A stretch of DNA of 64,000 nucleotides, from NCBI GenBank assembly GCA_964607395.1, contig CAZSKH010000001.1, positions 30-64,029 of the forward strand, written 5' to 3'. This DNA comes from an uncultured Algimonas sp. Its GTDB lineage: Bacteria > Pseudomonadota > Alphaproteobacteria > Caulobacterales > Maricaulaceae. Below are positions 1 through 10,314 of the stretch, one piece after another. The translations under genes and the position numbers were made by a program. The notes under the pieces are model-generated. The model ran no database searches. It saw only the letters and a list, made by a program, of their open reading frames with translations, and was not told the DNA's origin. How positions within the stretch are numbered: position 1 is the first letter of the stretch; every line of letters begins with the position of its first letter.

Positions 1-793
1 AGCGGTTAGGCATATTGATGACCGAACTTTGATATACCGCTCACTAGACACGGATAGCCGCAAGGTCGCCCGCCAGCGGCGGGATATATGCGCCGACGAA
101 GACAACCAGCGTTGGAACGAGATACTGCCAAACCGTTTTCAATCGACCCCAAGAGACGCAAGTTATCACGATGCAAGTTATCGGGCGCGCTCTAAAGGTT
201 TCAATTATGAGCCGATGGATAGCTTGGTTTCGCAAAACACTGTGACGGATTTACTACGCCGCCTCATCGCATTGGAACCACTCAAAGACCGTCCTCAACG
301 GAAGGAAGAGCGAGACGCAGATGGGCTGCTTGGGAGTGTCAAAACGCCTTCCGCGACAATCACAGAGGCGATGGACTTATATCTGTCCGAAATCGTGGCT
401 GACGAATTATCCAGTAAATCACCAGAGCAAGTAACGAATTTCTCTAAGATTAAACGCCGCGCCGTCGCAAACTTCGTCAATCTAAACGGCGATATAGATA
501 TGCGAGACATCACCCGCGAACATGCCCACGCTGTGCGTAAATTCCACGCATTGACGCTTTCAATGCCCGGCATTCCCCAACACGTGGTTCGCGCCCTGTC
601 CGCTTGGCTCCAAAGCCAAGTTGTCCGCCGATGGCCTGTACAGGGCAAAGACCTGTCCCATTCTCTTATAAACCCACAGACCGCGTTAGGGATCGTAGCC
701 GCACTACCGCGTACGCCGCCCGGTCAGCGTTCCGAGTCATGCTCTCGAGTTGGAGCATGTAAGCTGCGAGGCGGTCTCGCAAAGCTTGCTTAG
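1..793 (+). pseudogene. Tyrosine recombinase/integrase N-terminal remnant (DUF6538-like N-terminus plus SAM-like core-binding domain); catalytic domain absent
   Basis: The frame is open from the window edge (AVRHIDDRTLIYRSLDTDSRKVARQRRD...TITEAMDLYL...DIDMRDITREHAHAVRKF), resembling alphaproteobacterial integrase N-termini. Resemblance stops near 545 and no R-H-R-Y catalytic residues follow. Confidence 0.6.
155..184. repeat. Imperfect 15-bp tandem duplication (GACGCAAGTTATCAC / GATGCAAGTTATCGG)
   Basis: Read directly from the sequence; translates to DASYH-DASYR. Confidence 0.7.
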
Positions 794-1173
794 CCCTGAA
801 ACTCTTGGGTCTCAAACATCTGCAAGACGTGGGAGGCAGAAAGAACAACCGTGTAGAATGCTCACACGTTCCTATCCGGCGACGAGAACGAAAATCACAG
901 AAATTTAGATTGGTCAGGAACGCAAAAAAAAGTGCTTTCGGCCTTTGGCCAAATCTACAACCTCTTCAATCATCGACGCCATCTCATCTCAAGAAAAACT
1001 CTCCGAAAGTTCAGGCAACAAGCTCAGACAGAGTGGAAAATTGCGACAGCTTCGGCTTGCGCTTAAGGAAGTAACTAAATGAAAATAGCCGCTCGCTCAG
1101 TTAACGTGACAAAGCCTTAGAAAGCCTTTCGGGCGATCAAAGGAATTTGCATTGCCCTATCTCCTGCAAGTGA

Positions 1174-2952
1174 CTAAAACCAACCATCTCGCATCTGAGC
1201 TGCACTCTGGTCGTTGGTGCGCAATGTGTCTGCCCACAGAGAGGTTCTAGGGAGCTCTCGCGCATAAAAATATTTAGCTGATTGCCACTTCCCTTTGATA
1301 AATAATTCGGACCGCTGACTTCCCTCAGTCGCTTCAAGGATTCGAAGATGCATCCATGCCATCACCATATGACCTGCATAATCCAGATATAATGTTGCAT
1401 TCGCTAAACCCGTTCGGGAGTCTGCCGATACGGCGTCTGTCAATAGACCTGAGACAATTTCAAAGTCTTCAACGACGCTCATTAGCATGCTTGTATAATA
1501 TTTTGCTTTATCAAAATTCTGCATGCTAGCAATGGTCTGCCGAATTTCGGAACAGAGCAATGTAAGCCCTTGCCCGTTGAGCATTCTGGCTTTACGGCCA
1601 AGAAAATCTAGGCCTTGAATACCGTGTGTGCCCTCGTGGATGGGGTTGAGCCGATTGTCACGATAATAACGCTCTACTGGATAATCACGCGTATAACCTG
1701 CGCCGCCGAGAACTTGTAGGGCGTGTTTATTTGACTCCAGGCAAAATTCCGATGGCCAAGATTTGGTGATAGGCGTCAAGACATCTAGAAGTAGCTCAGC
1801 GCGTTCTACAGTATCTTTATCAATGTTGCTGCGAGCAATATCGACAAGTTTTGCGCAATATAGACCCAACGCCAAAGCTGGCTCTACAGCTGATTTTTGC
1901 GCAATTAACAATCGGCGTATATCAATATGCTCAATAATGGGTACCGGCTTAGCACTCGGGTCTTTTTCGCCAGGGTGTCGACCTTGTGGGCGCTCGCGTG
2001 CATAATCTAGAGAGGCTCGAAAGCCAGCTTGTCCCAAAGCCGTTGCGCCAAGACCAACGAAAATACGCGCTTCATTCATCATTTGAAACATGTAGCTTAG
2101 ACCTCGATGTTCAGCGCCAACCAAATGACCAACGCAATCATCATTTTCGCCAAAATTAAGGGCACAATTAGTGATACCCCGATACCCCATTTTATGGTTT
2201 AAGCCCGCGAGGCTGACATCATTTGCGCGGCCGTTGCTGCCATTGTTATCAAGACGGTATTTGGGGACAATAAATAGCGAAATACCTTTTACCCCAGCTG
2301 GCCCACCAGGAATTTTAGCCATTACCAGATGGATGATGTTTTCACTGAGTTCATGATCACCGCTCGATATCCACATCTTACTGCCCGAGATATTATAAGA
2401 TCCGTCATCGTTTGGCGTTGCGGTTGTTCTTATGTCTGCGAGTGAGGAGCCTGCATGGGGTTCAGACAAACACATTGTGGCAAAATATCGCCCTTCGACC
2501 ATCGGTAATAAATAGCGCTGCTTTTGCTCTTCACTCGCAAATTTCGCCAGCAAACGACCCGCTGCAGTGGTGAGTAAACCATAACCTGTATAGGAAACAT
2601 TTGCCGTAGCCAGAATGAAAAAGAGCCCTTGAATCACGCTCTCAGGCAATCCCATGCCGCCATGCTCAGGATCAAAGCCGCTACCCATAAATCCCGCTTT
2701 TATATAAGCATCCACCGCCGTTTGAGCTTCAGGAATCATAACGACCTTGCCGTCAACAAATTCAGGTTCAATCTCATCGGCTTTTTTAGCAGACGGCTCG
2801 AAGTGATCGACGGCGAGTTTCTCAGCGGTATCCAACAGACTTTCAATCGTGCTACGGTCAAGGCCATGCCATGCATCATCTGTCAGAATATCTTCTATTT
2901 TTGCGACGTCAAATAGTTGAAAAAATAGGTCCTCGCGATCGAATGTTATCAA
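1174..2952 (-). CDS. Acyl-CoA dehydrogenase (long, about 590 aa)
   Basis: Motifs MCLSEPHAGSSL, GSKMWIS, KMGYRG, RDNRLNPIHEGTHGIQ; GGAG RBS before the TTG start. Confidence 0.92.
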   Translation of the reverse strand: MITFDREDLFFQLFDVAKIEDILTDDAWHGLDRSTIESLLDTAEKLAVDHFEPSAKKADEIEPEFVDGKVVMIPEAQTAVDAYIKAGFMGSGFDPEHGGMGLPESVIQGLFFILATANVSYTGYGLLTTAAGRLLAKFASEEQKQRYLLPMVEGRYFATMCLSEPHAGSSLADIRTTATPNDDGSYNISGSKMWISSGDHELSENIIHLVMAKIPGGPAGVKGISLFIVPKYRLDNNGSNGRANDVSLAGLNHKMGYRGITNCALNFGENDDCVGHLVGAEHRGLSYMFQMMNEARIFVGLGATALGQAGFRASLDYARERPQGRHPGEKDPSAKPVPIIEHIDIRRLLIAQKSAVEPALALGLYCAKLVDIARSNIDKDTVERAELLLDVLTPITKSWPSEFCLESNKHALQVLGGAGYTRDYPVERYYRDNRLNPIHEGTHGIQGLDFLGRKARMLNGQGLTLLCSEIRQTIASMQNFDKAKYYTSMLMSVVEDFEIVSGLLTDAVSADSRTGLANATLYLDYAGHMVMAWMHLRILEATEGSQRSELFIKGKWQSAKYFYARELPRTSLWADTLRTNDQSAAQMRDGWF

Positions 2953-3063
2953 GGTTTAACTCCATAGTAGTGGAATGTGGTTTATAAAAAATAGTTCCGT
3001 CGCTCACTTGAAGAGACATAGTATCAGTTGCAACATATCGCCACTTGCGCCAAAGTGGTTTAA

Positions 3064-4287
3064 TCACGGAAGGGTAGTTTGCTTAAGCTTAATATTAGCA
3101 TCAGCGAGTTTAGCCTTATCCAAATTCACACCTCTCGTCAGAGATATTTTACCGAACATGAAGTCTCGAGGCGCGTTAACGGCGTCTACGGCAATGAATT
3201 TATCGCCTTTGAAATAATAGGCAGCGAAGCTGCGGCTACCATCTATATCGCCGCGAATAATCACGTCATCATAATCCGTCGACAAACCTGCAATCTGTAG
3301 TTTGAGATCAAACTGATCAGACCAGAACCATGGCAAACTATTATAGGCTCTCGGATTTTCAGTGATATGCGCTGCGATGACCTTTCCCTGTTCTGTCGCA
3401 TTGGGAACGGATTCAAGGCGAATATGGCGATCATAAATAGGGTTATAATGCCATGTCACGTCGCCCGCAGCGTAAATATCGGGATCGGAAGTTTGGCAAA
3501 ACGCATTGACTTCAATCCCATTGCCAACGCTGAGTCCTGCAGCCTCTGCAAGCTCAATATTGGGAATAACACCAATGCCAATAATGACCATATCGGTAGA
3601 AAATACCTGATTGCATGAGGTGTGTACGCTTAGGCCCCGCCCCTCTTTTATAATGTCTGACGCCGCGACATCTTCAAGGATTGTGACGCCTTCCTCACCG
3701 TGAATACGTTTGTAAAAGGAAGACATTTCAGGAGCTGTCACGCGCTGCAATATACGCGGCATAGCTTCGAGCACCGTAACTTCAAGGCCCTGCTTTCTTA
3801 GGGATGCAGCGGTTTCTAGCCCGATGTAACCGCCGCCAATAATCACAGCCGTTTTAGAACTTTCAGCCTTTGCTTTAATTGCGAGCACATGCGTCGTGTC
3901 TCGCAGATAAAACACATTTTCTAAATCCTGGCCGGGCACTGGCAAGCGGCGCACACGCGCGCCTGTTGTTAGCACGAGTTTATCATAAGCCAGTTCATCA
4001 CTTGCATCCGTCAGGATTGTCTTTGCGTCCCGGTTTATGGAGGTTACCCGCACGCCAAGTCGTATCGAAATATCAGCAGTCGCATAGCTTTCTGCTGGGC
4101 GGATAAGGATATCGTCAATACTCTTTTGGCCCGACAAAAAGTCTTTAGACAATGGCGGACGATGATAAGGCAGAACAGCCTCATCTCCTATCACAGTTAT
4201 ATCACCGCCCCACCCCGCTTGGCGCAAGCTAGTAGAGGTTTGTGCAGCAGCGTGTGAAGCTCCAATGATAATTACCGATTTAGTCAT
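3064..4287 (-). CDS. FAD/NAD(H)-dependent ferredoxin reductase (putidaredoxin-reductase/ThcD-like)
   Basis: GASHAA, YHRPPLSK, GGGYIGLE, TSDPDIYAAGD, RLESVPNA, PWFWSDQ. Confidence 0.9.
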   Translation of the reverse strand: MTKSVIIIGASHAAAQTSTSLRQAGWGGDITVIGDEAVLPYHRPPLSKDFLSGQKSIDDILIRPAESYATADISIRLGVRVTSINRDAKTILTDASDELAYDKLVLTTGARVRRLPVPGQDLENVFYLRDTTHVLAIKAKAESSKTAVIIGGGYIGLETAASLRKQGLEVTVLEAMPRILQRVTAPEMSSFYKRIHGEEGVTILEDVAASDIIKEGRGLSVHTSCNQVFSTDMVIIGIGVIPNIELAEAAGLSVGNGIEVNAFCQTSDPDIYAAGDVTWHYNPIYDRHIRLESVPNATEQGKVIAAHITENPRAYNSLPWFWSDQFDLKLQIAGLSTDYDDVIIRGDIDGSRSFAAYYFKGDKFIAVDAVNAPRDFMFGKISLTRGVNLDKAKLADANIKLKQTTLP

Positions 4288-4305
4288 AACCGCACTTAAA
4301 GTTTA

Positions 4306-5508
4306 TTACAGGACTTCAAATAACCCAGCAGCGCCCATACCGCCGCCAACACACATCGTACTAACAACGTATTTTGCGCCGCGGCGTTTGCCTTCGATAA
4401 GCGCATGGCCGACCATGCGCGCGCCGCTCATGCCAAATGGGTGACCAATTGAAATCGCGCCGCCATTAACATTGAGGTTTTCATTCGGAATGCCGAGCTT
4501 ATCCCGGCAATAGATAACTTGAACAGCAAAGGCCTCATTCAGTTCCCACAACCCAATATCATCCATTTTAAGGCCATGCCGCGATAGCAGCTTTGGAATA
4601 GCGAAAACGGGACCGATACCCATTTCATCTGGATCACAACCCGCAAATTGAATGCCTACAAAACGGCCTAAAGGCGTCACGCCGCGTTGTTCTGCGAGTT
4701 TTGAATTCATGACAACTGAGGCTGATGCGCCGTCAGAAAGTTGGCTGGCATTACCCGCCGTAATGAAATTGCCTTGCTTGACGAAATGACCATCTTTCCA
4801 AACAGGTTTAAGTCCTGCGAGGCTTTCAGCGCTCGTACCAGGGCGGTTGCCTTCATCTTTAGTCAAGGTCACGTCCTGAGATGATATTTCACCCGTCTCG
4901 CGGTTTTTCACGCTCATGGTGGAGGCAAGTGGCACAATCTCGTCATCAAACTTACCCGCATCTTGAGCCGCCGCTGTTCGCGCTTGGCTTTGCGCAGAAT
5001 ACTCATCCTGAGCTTCACGTGAAATACCATAACGCTCAGCTACAATTTCAGCTGTTTCGATCATTTGAATATAGGCTTTAGGTGCGGCTTCAATAGCTGC
5101 CTTAGAGACAGCGCGGTGGCTGTTTTTATGTTTAGTTTGGACAAGGCTAATACTTTCTACCCCACCCCCAACAACGATATCGGCATTATTTGTCACAATC
5201 GATTGAGCTGCTTGCGCGATAGCCATCATGCCAGAGGAGCATTGACGATCAACGGTTGATCCAGAGACAGTACAGGGTAAGCCAGCGGTATAAGTGGCAA
5301 GGCGGCCAATATTATAGGCCTGACTGCCTTGCTGCGCAGCACAACCGAGAATGACATCATCAACCATTTCACCTTCTATGCCAGCTCGCGCTACAGCATG
5401 ACGTACGGCGTGACCTGCCAAAACAGGGGCTTCTGTATCATTAAAAGCGCCGCGAAAGGCTTTCCCAATTGGGGTGCGGGCTGTGGAAACTATAAGAGCG
5501 TCGCGCAT
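4306..5508 (-). CDS. Acetyl-CoA C-acyltransferase (thiolase)
   Basis: [27 protein letters not shown]. Confidence 0.93.
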   Translation of the reverse strand: MRDALIVSTARTPIGKAFRGAFNDTEAPVLAGHAVRHAVARAGIEGEMVDDVILGCAAQQGSQAYNIGRLATYTAGLPCTVSGSTVDRQCSSGMMAIAQAAQSIVTNNADIVVGGGVESISLVQTKHKNSHRAVSKAAIEAAPKAYIQMIETAEIVAERYGISREAQDEYSAQSQARTAAAQDAGKFDDEIVPLASTMSVKNRETGEISSQDVTLTKDEGNRPGTSAESLAGLKPVWKDGHFVKQGNFITAGNASQLSDGASASVVMNSKLAEQRGVTPLGRFVGIQFAGCDPDEMGIGPVFAIPKLLSRHGLKMDDIGLWELNEAFAVQVIYCRDKLGIPNENLNVNGGAISIGHPFGMSGARMVGHALIEGKRRGAKYVVSTMCVGGGMGAAGLFEVL

Positions 5509-5516
5509 ATCTAGTC

Positions 5517-5927
5517 CTAATGTTTTTCTATGTTAGTGGGGCCCCAATAGGCTTTCATTTCTGTGACTTTTCCATCATCATTAAATGTGAAAGTGTCAAT
5601 CACATGAATGGTCATACTACCTGCAGGCAGATCTACATCTACGGCTTTATCGACATCCGTCATGCCCTGCCCCCCCACTGTCACGCCAAAAGAAAAAGCC
5701 GCGCAGTTACCTGCAACACGCGTTTGGCCTTGTTGTCTCAATATTGCTCCGTTTTTCACCGCCATGGTATAAAAGGCGAGGATAGCCTCTTTACCTTCTT
5801 TAGAAGGCGTACCGACAGGGTCCGTGACCGTGGCGTCATCGGCATAAAGATCAGCAATACCTTGGGCATCTTGGGCATTAAATAAATCAAAATAAGCTTG
5901 AACAGCATCTAACATTTGCTGGGACAT
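5517..5927 (-). CDS. ksi: Steroid delta-isomerase (ketosteroid isomerase)-like NTF2 protein
   Basis: AVQAYFD...[13 protein letters not shown]...[19 protein letters not shown] is KSI-like. ATG at 5927 has an AGGAG RBS; the upstream extension in the ORF track overlaps the next gene. Confidence 0.75.
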   Translation of the reverse strand: MSQQMLDAVQAYFDLFNAQDAQGIADLYADDATVTDPVGTPSKEGKEAILAFYTMAVKNGAILRQQGQTRVAGNCAAFSFGVTVGGQGMTDVDKAVDVDLPAGSMTIHVIDTFTFNDDGKVTEMKAYWGPTNIEKH

Positions 5928-5937
5928 TGTAATCTCC

Positions 5938-6396
5938 TTAAGGGTAGTAACGGCTAATAGTATCGACGACACAAGCTGGTTTTTCCTCACCTTCAATCTC
6001 AATGGTGACGCGCAGAGTGGATTGATAGCCGCCCGGCACTTCTTTGATTGCGATAAATTCACCATGACCGCGCACTTTTGACCCTGATTTCACAGGGTTG
6101 AGAAAGCGCACTTTGTCTGTTCCATAATTAATCCCCATCTCCATACCTTTAATTTCTAAGATTTCAGGCATAAGCTTGGCCGCGAGTGAAAGCGTAAGGT
6201 AGCCATGTGCAATGGTCGTCCCAAAAGGGCTATTCTTAGCTTTCTCTTCATCCACATGAATCCATTGATGGTCGCCCGTGGCTTCGGCAAAAGTGTTGAT
6301 ACGCTCTTGCGATATTTTCATCCAATCAGAGGGCCCTATTTTGAGACCTTCTTTGCCGAGTAAATCGCGTGGCGAATCTATCACTGTAAGTGTCAT
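5938..6396 (-). CDS. MaoC-family (R)-enoyl-CoA hydratase
   Basis: FAEATGDHQWIHVD, TIAHGYLTLSL, NYG..KVRF. Confidence 0.9.
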   Translation of the reverse strand: MTLTVIDSPRDLLGKEGLKIGPSDWMKISQERINTFAEATGDHQWIHVDEEKAKNSPFGTTIAHGYLTLSLAAKLMPEILEIKGMEMGINYGTDKVRFLNPVKSGSKVRGHGEFIAIKEVPGGYQSTLRVTIEIEGEEKPACVVDTISRYYP

Positions 6397-6397
6397 A

Positions 6398-7186
6398 TTA
6401 AGCCCTCTGGCTGCTGTTAGAAATAACTTCGCCTGTCATATAGCTGGAATAATCGCTAGCGAGGAAGACCATAACATTGGCTTGCTCCCAAACCTCGCTC
6501 CCACGTCCATAAGCTTCGTTTGCCTCGAGTTCGGCGAGGAGTTCTTTGCTCGTCACTTTGTGTAGAAACGGATGCAGCGCAAGGCTCGGCGCAACGGCAT
6601 TAACACGCACGCCAAACTCCGCACCCTCTACACCTGCACAGCGCGTTAGAGCCATAACACCTGCTTTGGCTGCCGCATAATGAGCTTGCCCTTTTTGCGC
6701 GCGCCAACCTAGCACAGAGGCGTTATTCACGATAACGCCGCCGTTGTTATTCTTCATAAATTGCATCGCCGCGCGGTTGATACGGAAACATCCATTGAGT
6801 GTTACATCCATCACCACCATCCATTGCTCATCGGTCATATCGATGAGGTCAGCTGTTCCACCAAGGCCCGCATTATTGATAACCACATCAATACCGCCGA
6901 GCGATTTCACAGCTGAAGATATAAGCCCACCGACATCGTCCTGAATTGTGACGTTACAAAGCGCATAGTCTGGACGCTGCCCTGTTTCAGACTCCAAAGC
7001 ATCTTGTGCTTTTTGAAGACGGCCTTCGTGAATGTCTGAGATAAAAACCTGCGCACCTTCTTCGATACATTTTTTGGCCACCGCAAATCCTATACCAGTC
7101 CCTGCCGCCGCTGTAATAACAACTCGCTTACCTTTAAGTAGGCCATGTCCGGGGACATAATCCGGTATGTTTTTTAAATCCGTCAT
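6398..7186 (-). CDS. ipdF: SDR, IpdF/Rv3559c-like HIP-pathway 5-oxo reductase
   Basis: Characteristic PGHGLL...TAAAGTGIG N-terminus, YAAAK, C-terminal SSQRA; C/D-ring context. Confidence 0.8.
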   Translation of the reverse strand: MTDLKNIPDYVPGHGLLKGKRVVITAAAGTGIGFAVAKKCIEEGAQVFISDIHEGRLQKAQDALESETGQRPDYALCNVTIQDDVGGLISSAVKSLGGIDVVINNAGLGGTADLIDMTDEQWMVVMDVTLNGCFRINRAAMQFMKNNNGGVIVNNASVLGWRAQKGQAHYAAAKAGVMALTRCAGVEGAEFGVRVNAVAPSLALHPFLHKVTSKELLAELEANEAYGRGSEVWEQANVMVFLASDYSSYMTGEVISNSSQRA

Positions 7187-7193
7187 ACTTATC

Positions 7194-8375
7194 CTACCGT
7201 AGATTGCCGCGGGGTTCTCGGGGCAATCTTAGGCCGCGTTCAGCTATAAGGTTTCGCTGTATCTGGTTCGTTCCGCCGTAAATCGTATCAGCACGCGAAT
7301 AGAGGAATAGGTTAGGAAGAACGTCCCACACATATTCGTCCTCACTCGTGATTTCGCCTGCCTGGCCCAACACATCCATAGCAAGTTCACCCAACTTTCG
7401 CCGCCAACTCGCCCATTGAATTTTATAGGTCAGCGCTGCACCGTCAATTTTTGAATGATCCGTATTAGAGAGCATGCGCAGAGCCCCATAGCGCATTAAT
7501 TGAAGGCCCACTTCTGCCTTAGCAATGCGTTGACGAATGATAGGGTCGCTCGCCGTTCCGTTCGCCTTTGACGCAGAGATGATATCGTCAAGTTCATTAC
7601 GGAAACACATTTGTTGCCCCAAAGTGGACACACCTCTCTCGAACGCCAGCAAGCCCATCGCAATTTTCCAGCCTTCACCTTGTGCGCCTATTAAGCTGTC
7701 TGCGGGGCACGTCGCATCTGTGAAAAATGTCTCGTTAAATTCAGCTTCGCCATTGATTTGCCTAATGCCGCGAATATCAATTCCGGGTTGGTCAATCGGC
7801 ATCATCAGGAAGGTCAAGCCCTTAGGGCCTTTTGTCCCCTCCTCGCTGCGAGCAACAACAAAAATCCAGTCGGAGAGCTGGGCCAGTGACGTCCATATTT
7901 TTTGCCCATTTACGATCCATCTATCGCCTTCAAGTCTGGCTTTCGTACGCACGGAAGCAAGGTCTGAGCCCGCATTGGGCTCAGAAAAGCCTTGGCAAAA
8001 AATAGTCTTGCCTGCGGCGATATCTGGTAAAAACCGTTGCTTTTGTTCTTCAGTTCCAAAAGCCAAAAGTGTCGGGCCAGCAAGTTCAATGCCAATATGA
8101 TTGACCCGCCCAGGCACGCCTGCACGCGCAGCCTCTTCGGCAAAAATAACCTGCTGCGAGAGGCTAGCATCACGCCCACCCCATTTCTCAGGCCAGCCAA
8201 TACATGACCAACCATGTGCCGCTAAATGCCGTTCCCACTCTTTACGTCGTTCAGGCTTTTCCGTGAGCGAGGTTATACCGCGAATATCTGCAAAGGGCCC
8301 CTCCATCTGAACGGTGAGCCACCTAGCACACTCGATGCGGAAAGCTTCGTCAGCTTCTGAAAACCCGAGTTTCAT
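7194..8375 (-). CDS. fadE30: Acyl-CoA dehydrogenase, FadE30/IpdE1-like
   Basis: FERGVSTLGQQ, RADTIYGGTNQIQRNLIAER; ATG at 8375 overlaps the upstream TGA (ATGA). Confidence 0.8.
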   Translation of the reverse strand: MKLGFSEADEAFRIECARWLTVQMEGPFADIRGITSLTEKPERRKEWERHLAAHGWSCIGWPEKWGGRDASLSQQVIFAEEAARAGVPGRVNHIGIELAGPTLLAFGTEEQKQRFLPDIAAGKTIFCQGFSEPNAGSDLASVRTKARLEGDRWIVNGQKIWTSLAQLSDWIFVVARSEEGTKGPKGLTFLMMPIDQPGIDIRGIRQINGEAEFNETFFTDATCPADSLIGAQGEGWKIAMGLLAFERGVSTLGQQMCFRNELDDIISASKANGTASDPIIRQRIAKAEVGLQLMRYGALRMLSNTDHSKIDGAALTYKIQWASWRRKLGELAMDVLGQAGEITSEDEYVWDVLPNLFLYSRADTIYGGTNQIQRNLIAERGLRLPREPRGNLR

Positions 8376-9427
8376 GCCGCCTCTCCTAAAATTAGTTGTG
8401 CAATTTTCTCGCGGTGCCATGCAGGGCTTCCAAACATAGACCCGATAGACCGTGCGCGTTTGAAGAATAAATGCGCGTCATGCTCCCAAGTAAATCCAAT
8501 TCCTCCATGAAGTTGGATCATATTCCCAGCACACATAGCATAGGTATCGGCAGCAAAACTCTTAGCTGAATGCAAAGCCAAAGCTGTGTTTGGCGCGTCT
8601 TCATCCATAGACGCTGCTGCCCAATATACGGCAGACCTTAGCTGTTCAATTTCTATAACCATGTCAGCAAGGCGGTGTTTATAGGCCTGAAAAGACCCAA
8701 TTTGTCGGCCAAACTGTACGCGTTCCAGTGAATATTCGACTGTGCGGTCAAGGCAGGCTTGCGCGCCACCCAATGCCTCCGCCGCCAAACATAACCAGCC
8801 GCCTTGTCGTGCGGCTGTATAGGCAGCTTTGCCATTTTCTAAAGGCTGAGCCTCTACTTCTGACAAGTTCAGCGTCGCCAGAGGGCGCGTTTGGTCCATT
8901 GTCGTATGCATTTTCACGTCAAGACCCGGCGCATTGCGATCTACAATCCAAGCGCCGTCTGGTGACCCAATTACGATTATATCAGAGGATCCACCATGAG
9001 TGACGAAATTAAATGTCCCACTTAGCTTACCACCTTTTTCCTCAATAGAGAACGCCTCTGCATAAGTTCCAATAAGCTCGCCTTTAATTAGCTTTGGCAA
9101 CCAATTGTCCTTTTGCGTGTCACTCCCGCCTGCGTTGATCGCGCGCGCGGTCATTGCAATCCCCAAAATAGGTAAGGCTGCAATGTGAGCTCCCGCAGCT
9201 TCGGTCAAAATAGCAAATTCCACTTGTCCTAAATCGGCACCGCCATAAGCTTCAGGTAAAGCCGCGCCCGCAAGGCCCAGCTCTTGGCAAAAAGCAGTCC
9301 ACAACGCATGGTCAATGCCGTCACCAGCCATAGCTTTGCGCGTACGCTCGCTTGTCGCGTTATCCGCAAAGAAGCCTTGCGCCGTTTCCGCAATCATTTT
9401 TTGCTCATCTGTAAACACAAAATCCAT
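8372..9427 (-). CDS. fadE33: Acyl-CoA dehydrogenase beta-type subunit, FadE33/IpdE2-like
   Basis: DQTRP, RVQFGRQIGSFQAYKHRLADM, IQLHGGIGFTWEHDAHL; adjacent to the fadE30-like gene. Confidence 0.7.
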   Translation of the reverse strand: MDFVFTDEQKMIAETAQGFFADNATSERTRKAMAGDGIDHALWTAFCQELGLAGAALPEAYGGADLGQVEFAILTEAAGAHIAALPILGIAMTARAINAGGSDTQKDNWLPKLIKGELIGTYAEAFSIEEKGGKLSGTFNFVTHGGSSDIIVIGSPDGAWIVDRNAPGLDVKMHTTMDQTRPLATLNLSEVEAQPLENGKAAYTAARQGGWLCLAAEALGGAQACLDRTVEYSLERVQFGRQIGSFQAYKHRLADMVIEIEQLRSAVYWAAASMDEDAPNTALALHSAKSFAADTYAMCAGNMIQLHGGIGFTWEHDAHLFFKRARSIGSMFGSPAWHREKIAQLILGEAA

Positions 9428-9430
9428 ATT

Positions 9431-10312
9431 CTAAGTCCCGTAAACTTTTTGAGCGGGCGGCGTAATTTTCACAAGCTCTTCGATAACGCCGCCAATTTCT
9501 GATGGCTCGTAGCGCGCGCCCTTATCTTTAACGGGCCCAGTTTTCCAACCTTCTGCGATAGAGAGCTTACCACCGAAGCTTTCAAAGCAATGTCCATTAA
9601 TCTGAGATGACTTTTCGCTCACCAAATAACAAATCAGCGGCGCAACATTGGCGGGATCAAATTTATCAAAGCTGCCATCCTCTGGCACTTTCATCATGTC
9701 GGCAAAGACATCTTCCGTCATACCTGTGCGGCCCTGCGGCGCGACAGCATTAGCCGTGATACCGTAACGCGCCAGCTCCGCCGACTGGTTGAGCGTCAAA
9801 GTTAGGATAGCTCCCTTGGCCGCCGAATAATTTGTTTGCCCGACTGAACCCTGCAACCCTGCGCCAGAACTTGTATTGATAATTCGCGCATTGACAACTT
9901 TACCCTCTTTACTTTGCTGCCGCCAATATTTTGCGGCGTGAGAAGAAATACAAAAATGCCCTTTAAGATGGACCTTGATAACCAAGTCCCAATCTTCCTC
10001 AGAGAGTGAGGTGAACATACGGTCGCGATTATTGCCTGCGTTATTGACCACAGCATGAATGTCGCCAAATTCATCGATAGCGGATTTAACGATTTCAAAA
10101 GCGCTATCATAATCGGTGATATCGCTAAGATTGACGATCGCATTCCCACCCGCCTCTTTAATCAATTCCACCGTTTCAGAAGCGGTCTTTTTATCGATGT
10201 CATTAACAACAACATTCGCGCTTTCTGCGCCGAGGCTAATCGCATAAGCACGGCCCAAGCCGCCGCCCGCACCTGTCACGATAACCGTTCTATCTTTGCA
10301 GAAATCACCCAT
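9431..10312 (-). CDS. SDR oxidoreductase (Rv3548c/ScdE-like)
   Basis: TGAGGGLG, NNAG..RDRMF, YSAAK; HIP-cluster context. Confidence 0.85.
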   Translation of the reverse strand: MGDFCKDRTVIVTGAGGGLGRAYAISLGAESANVVVNDIDKKTASETVELIKEAGGNAIVNLSDITDYDSAFEIVKSAIDEFGDIHAVVNNAGNNRDRMFTSLSEEDWDLVIKVHLKGHFCISSHAAKYWRQQSKEGKVVNARIINTSSGAGLQGSVGQTNYSAAKGAILTLTLNQSAELARYGITANAVAPQGRTGMTEDVFADMMKVPEDGSFDKFDPANVAPLICYLVSEKSSQINGHCFESFGGKLSIAEGWKTGPVKDKGARYEPSEIGGVIEELVKITPPAQKVYGT

Positions 10313-10314
10313 AG

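Noticed and set aside
546-1136. Small ORFs (666-848, 805-1074) as toxin, IS or leader-peptide genes
   Set aside because: No recognisable motifs, RBS or terminal repeats; probably decayed sequence.
3041-3058. Hairpin CCACTT-N6-AAGTGG after the ferredoxin reductase as a terminator
   Set aside because: Short stem and no U-tract on the transcribed strand; too weak to call.
5928-6065. N-terminal extensions in the ORF track (ksi from 6065, fadE30 from 8420, NTF2 from 45570, DUF3604 from 50071, MFS from 59873)
   Set aside because: They overlap neighbouring genes or operator arrays; downstream starts with an RBS or translational coupling fit better.
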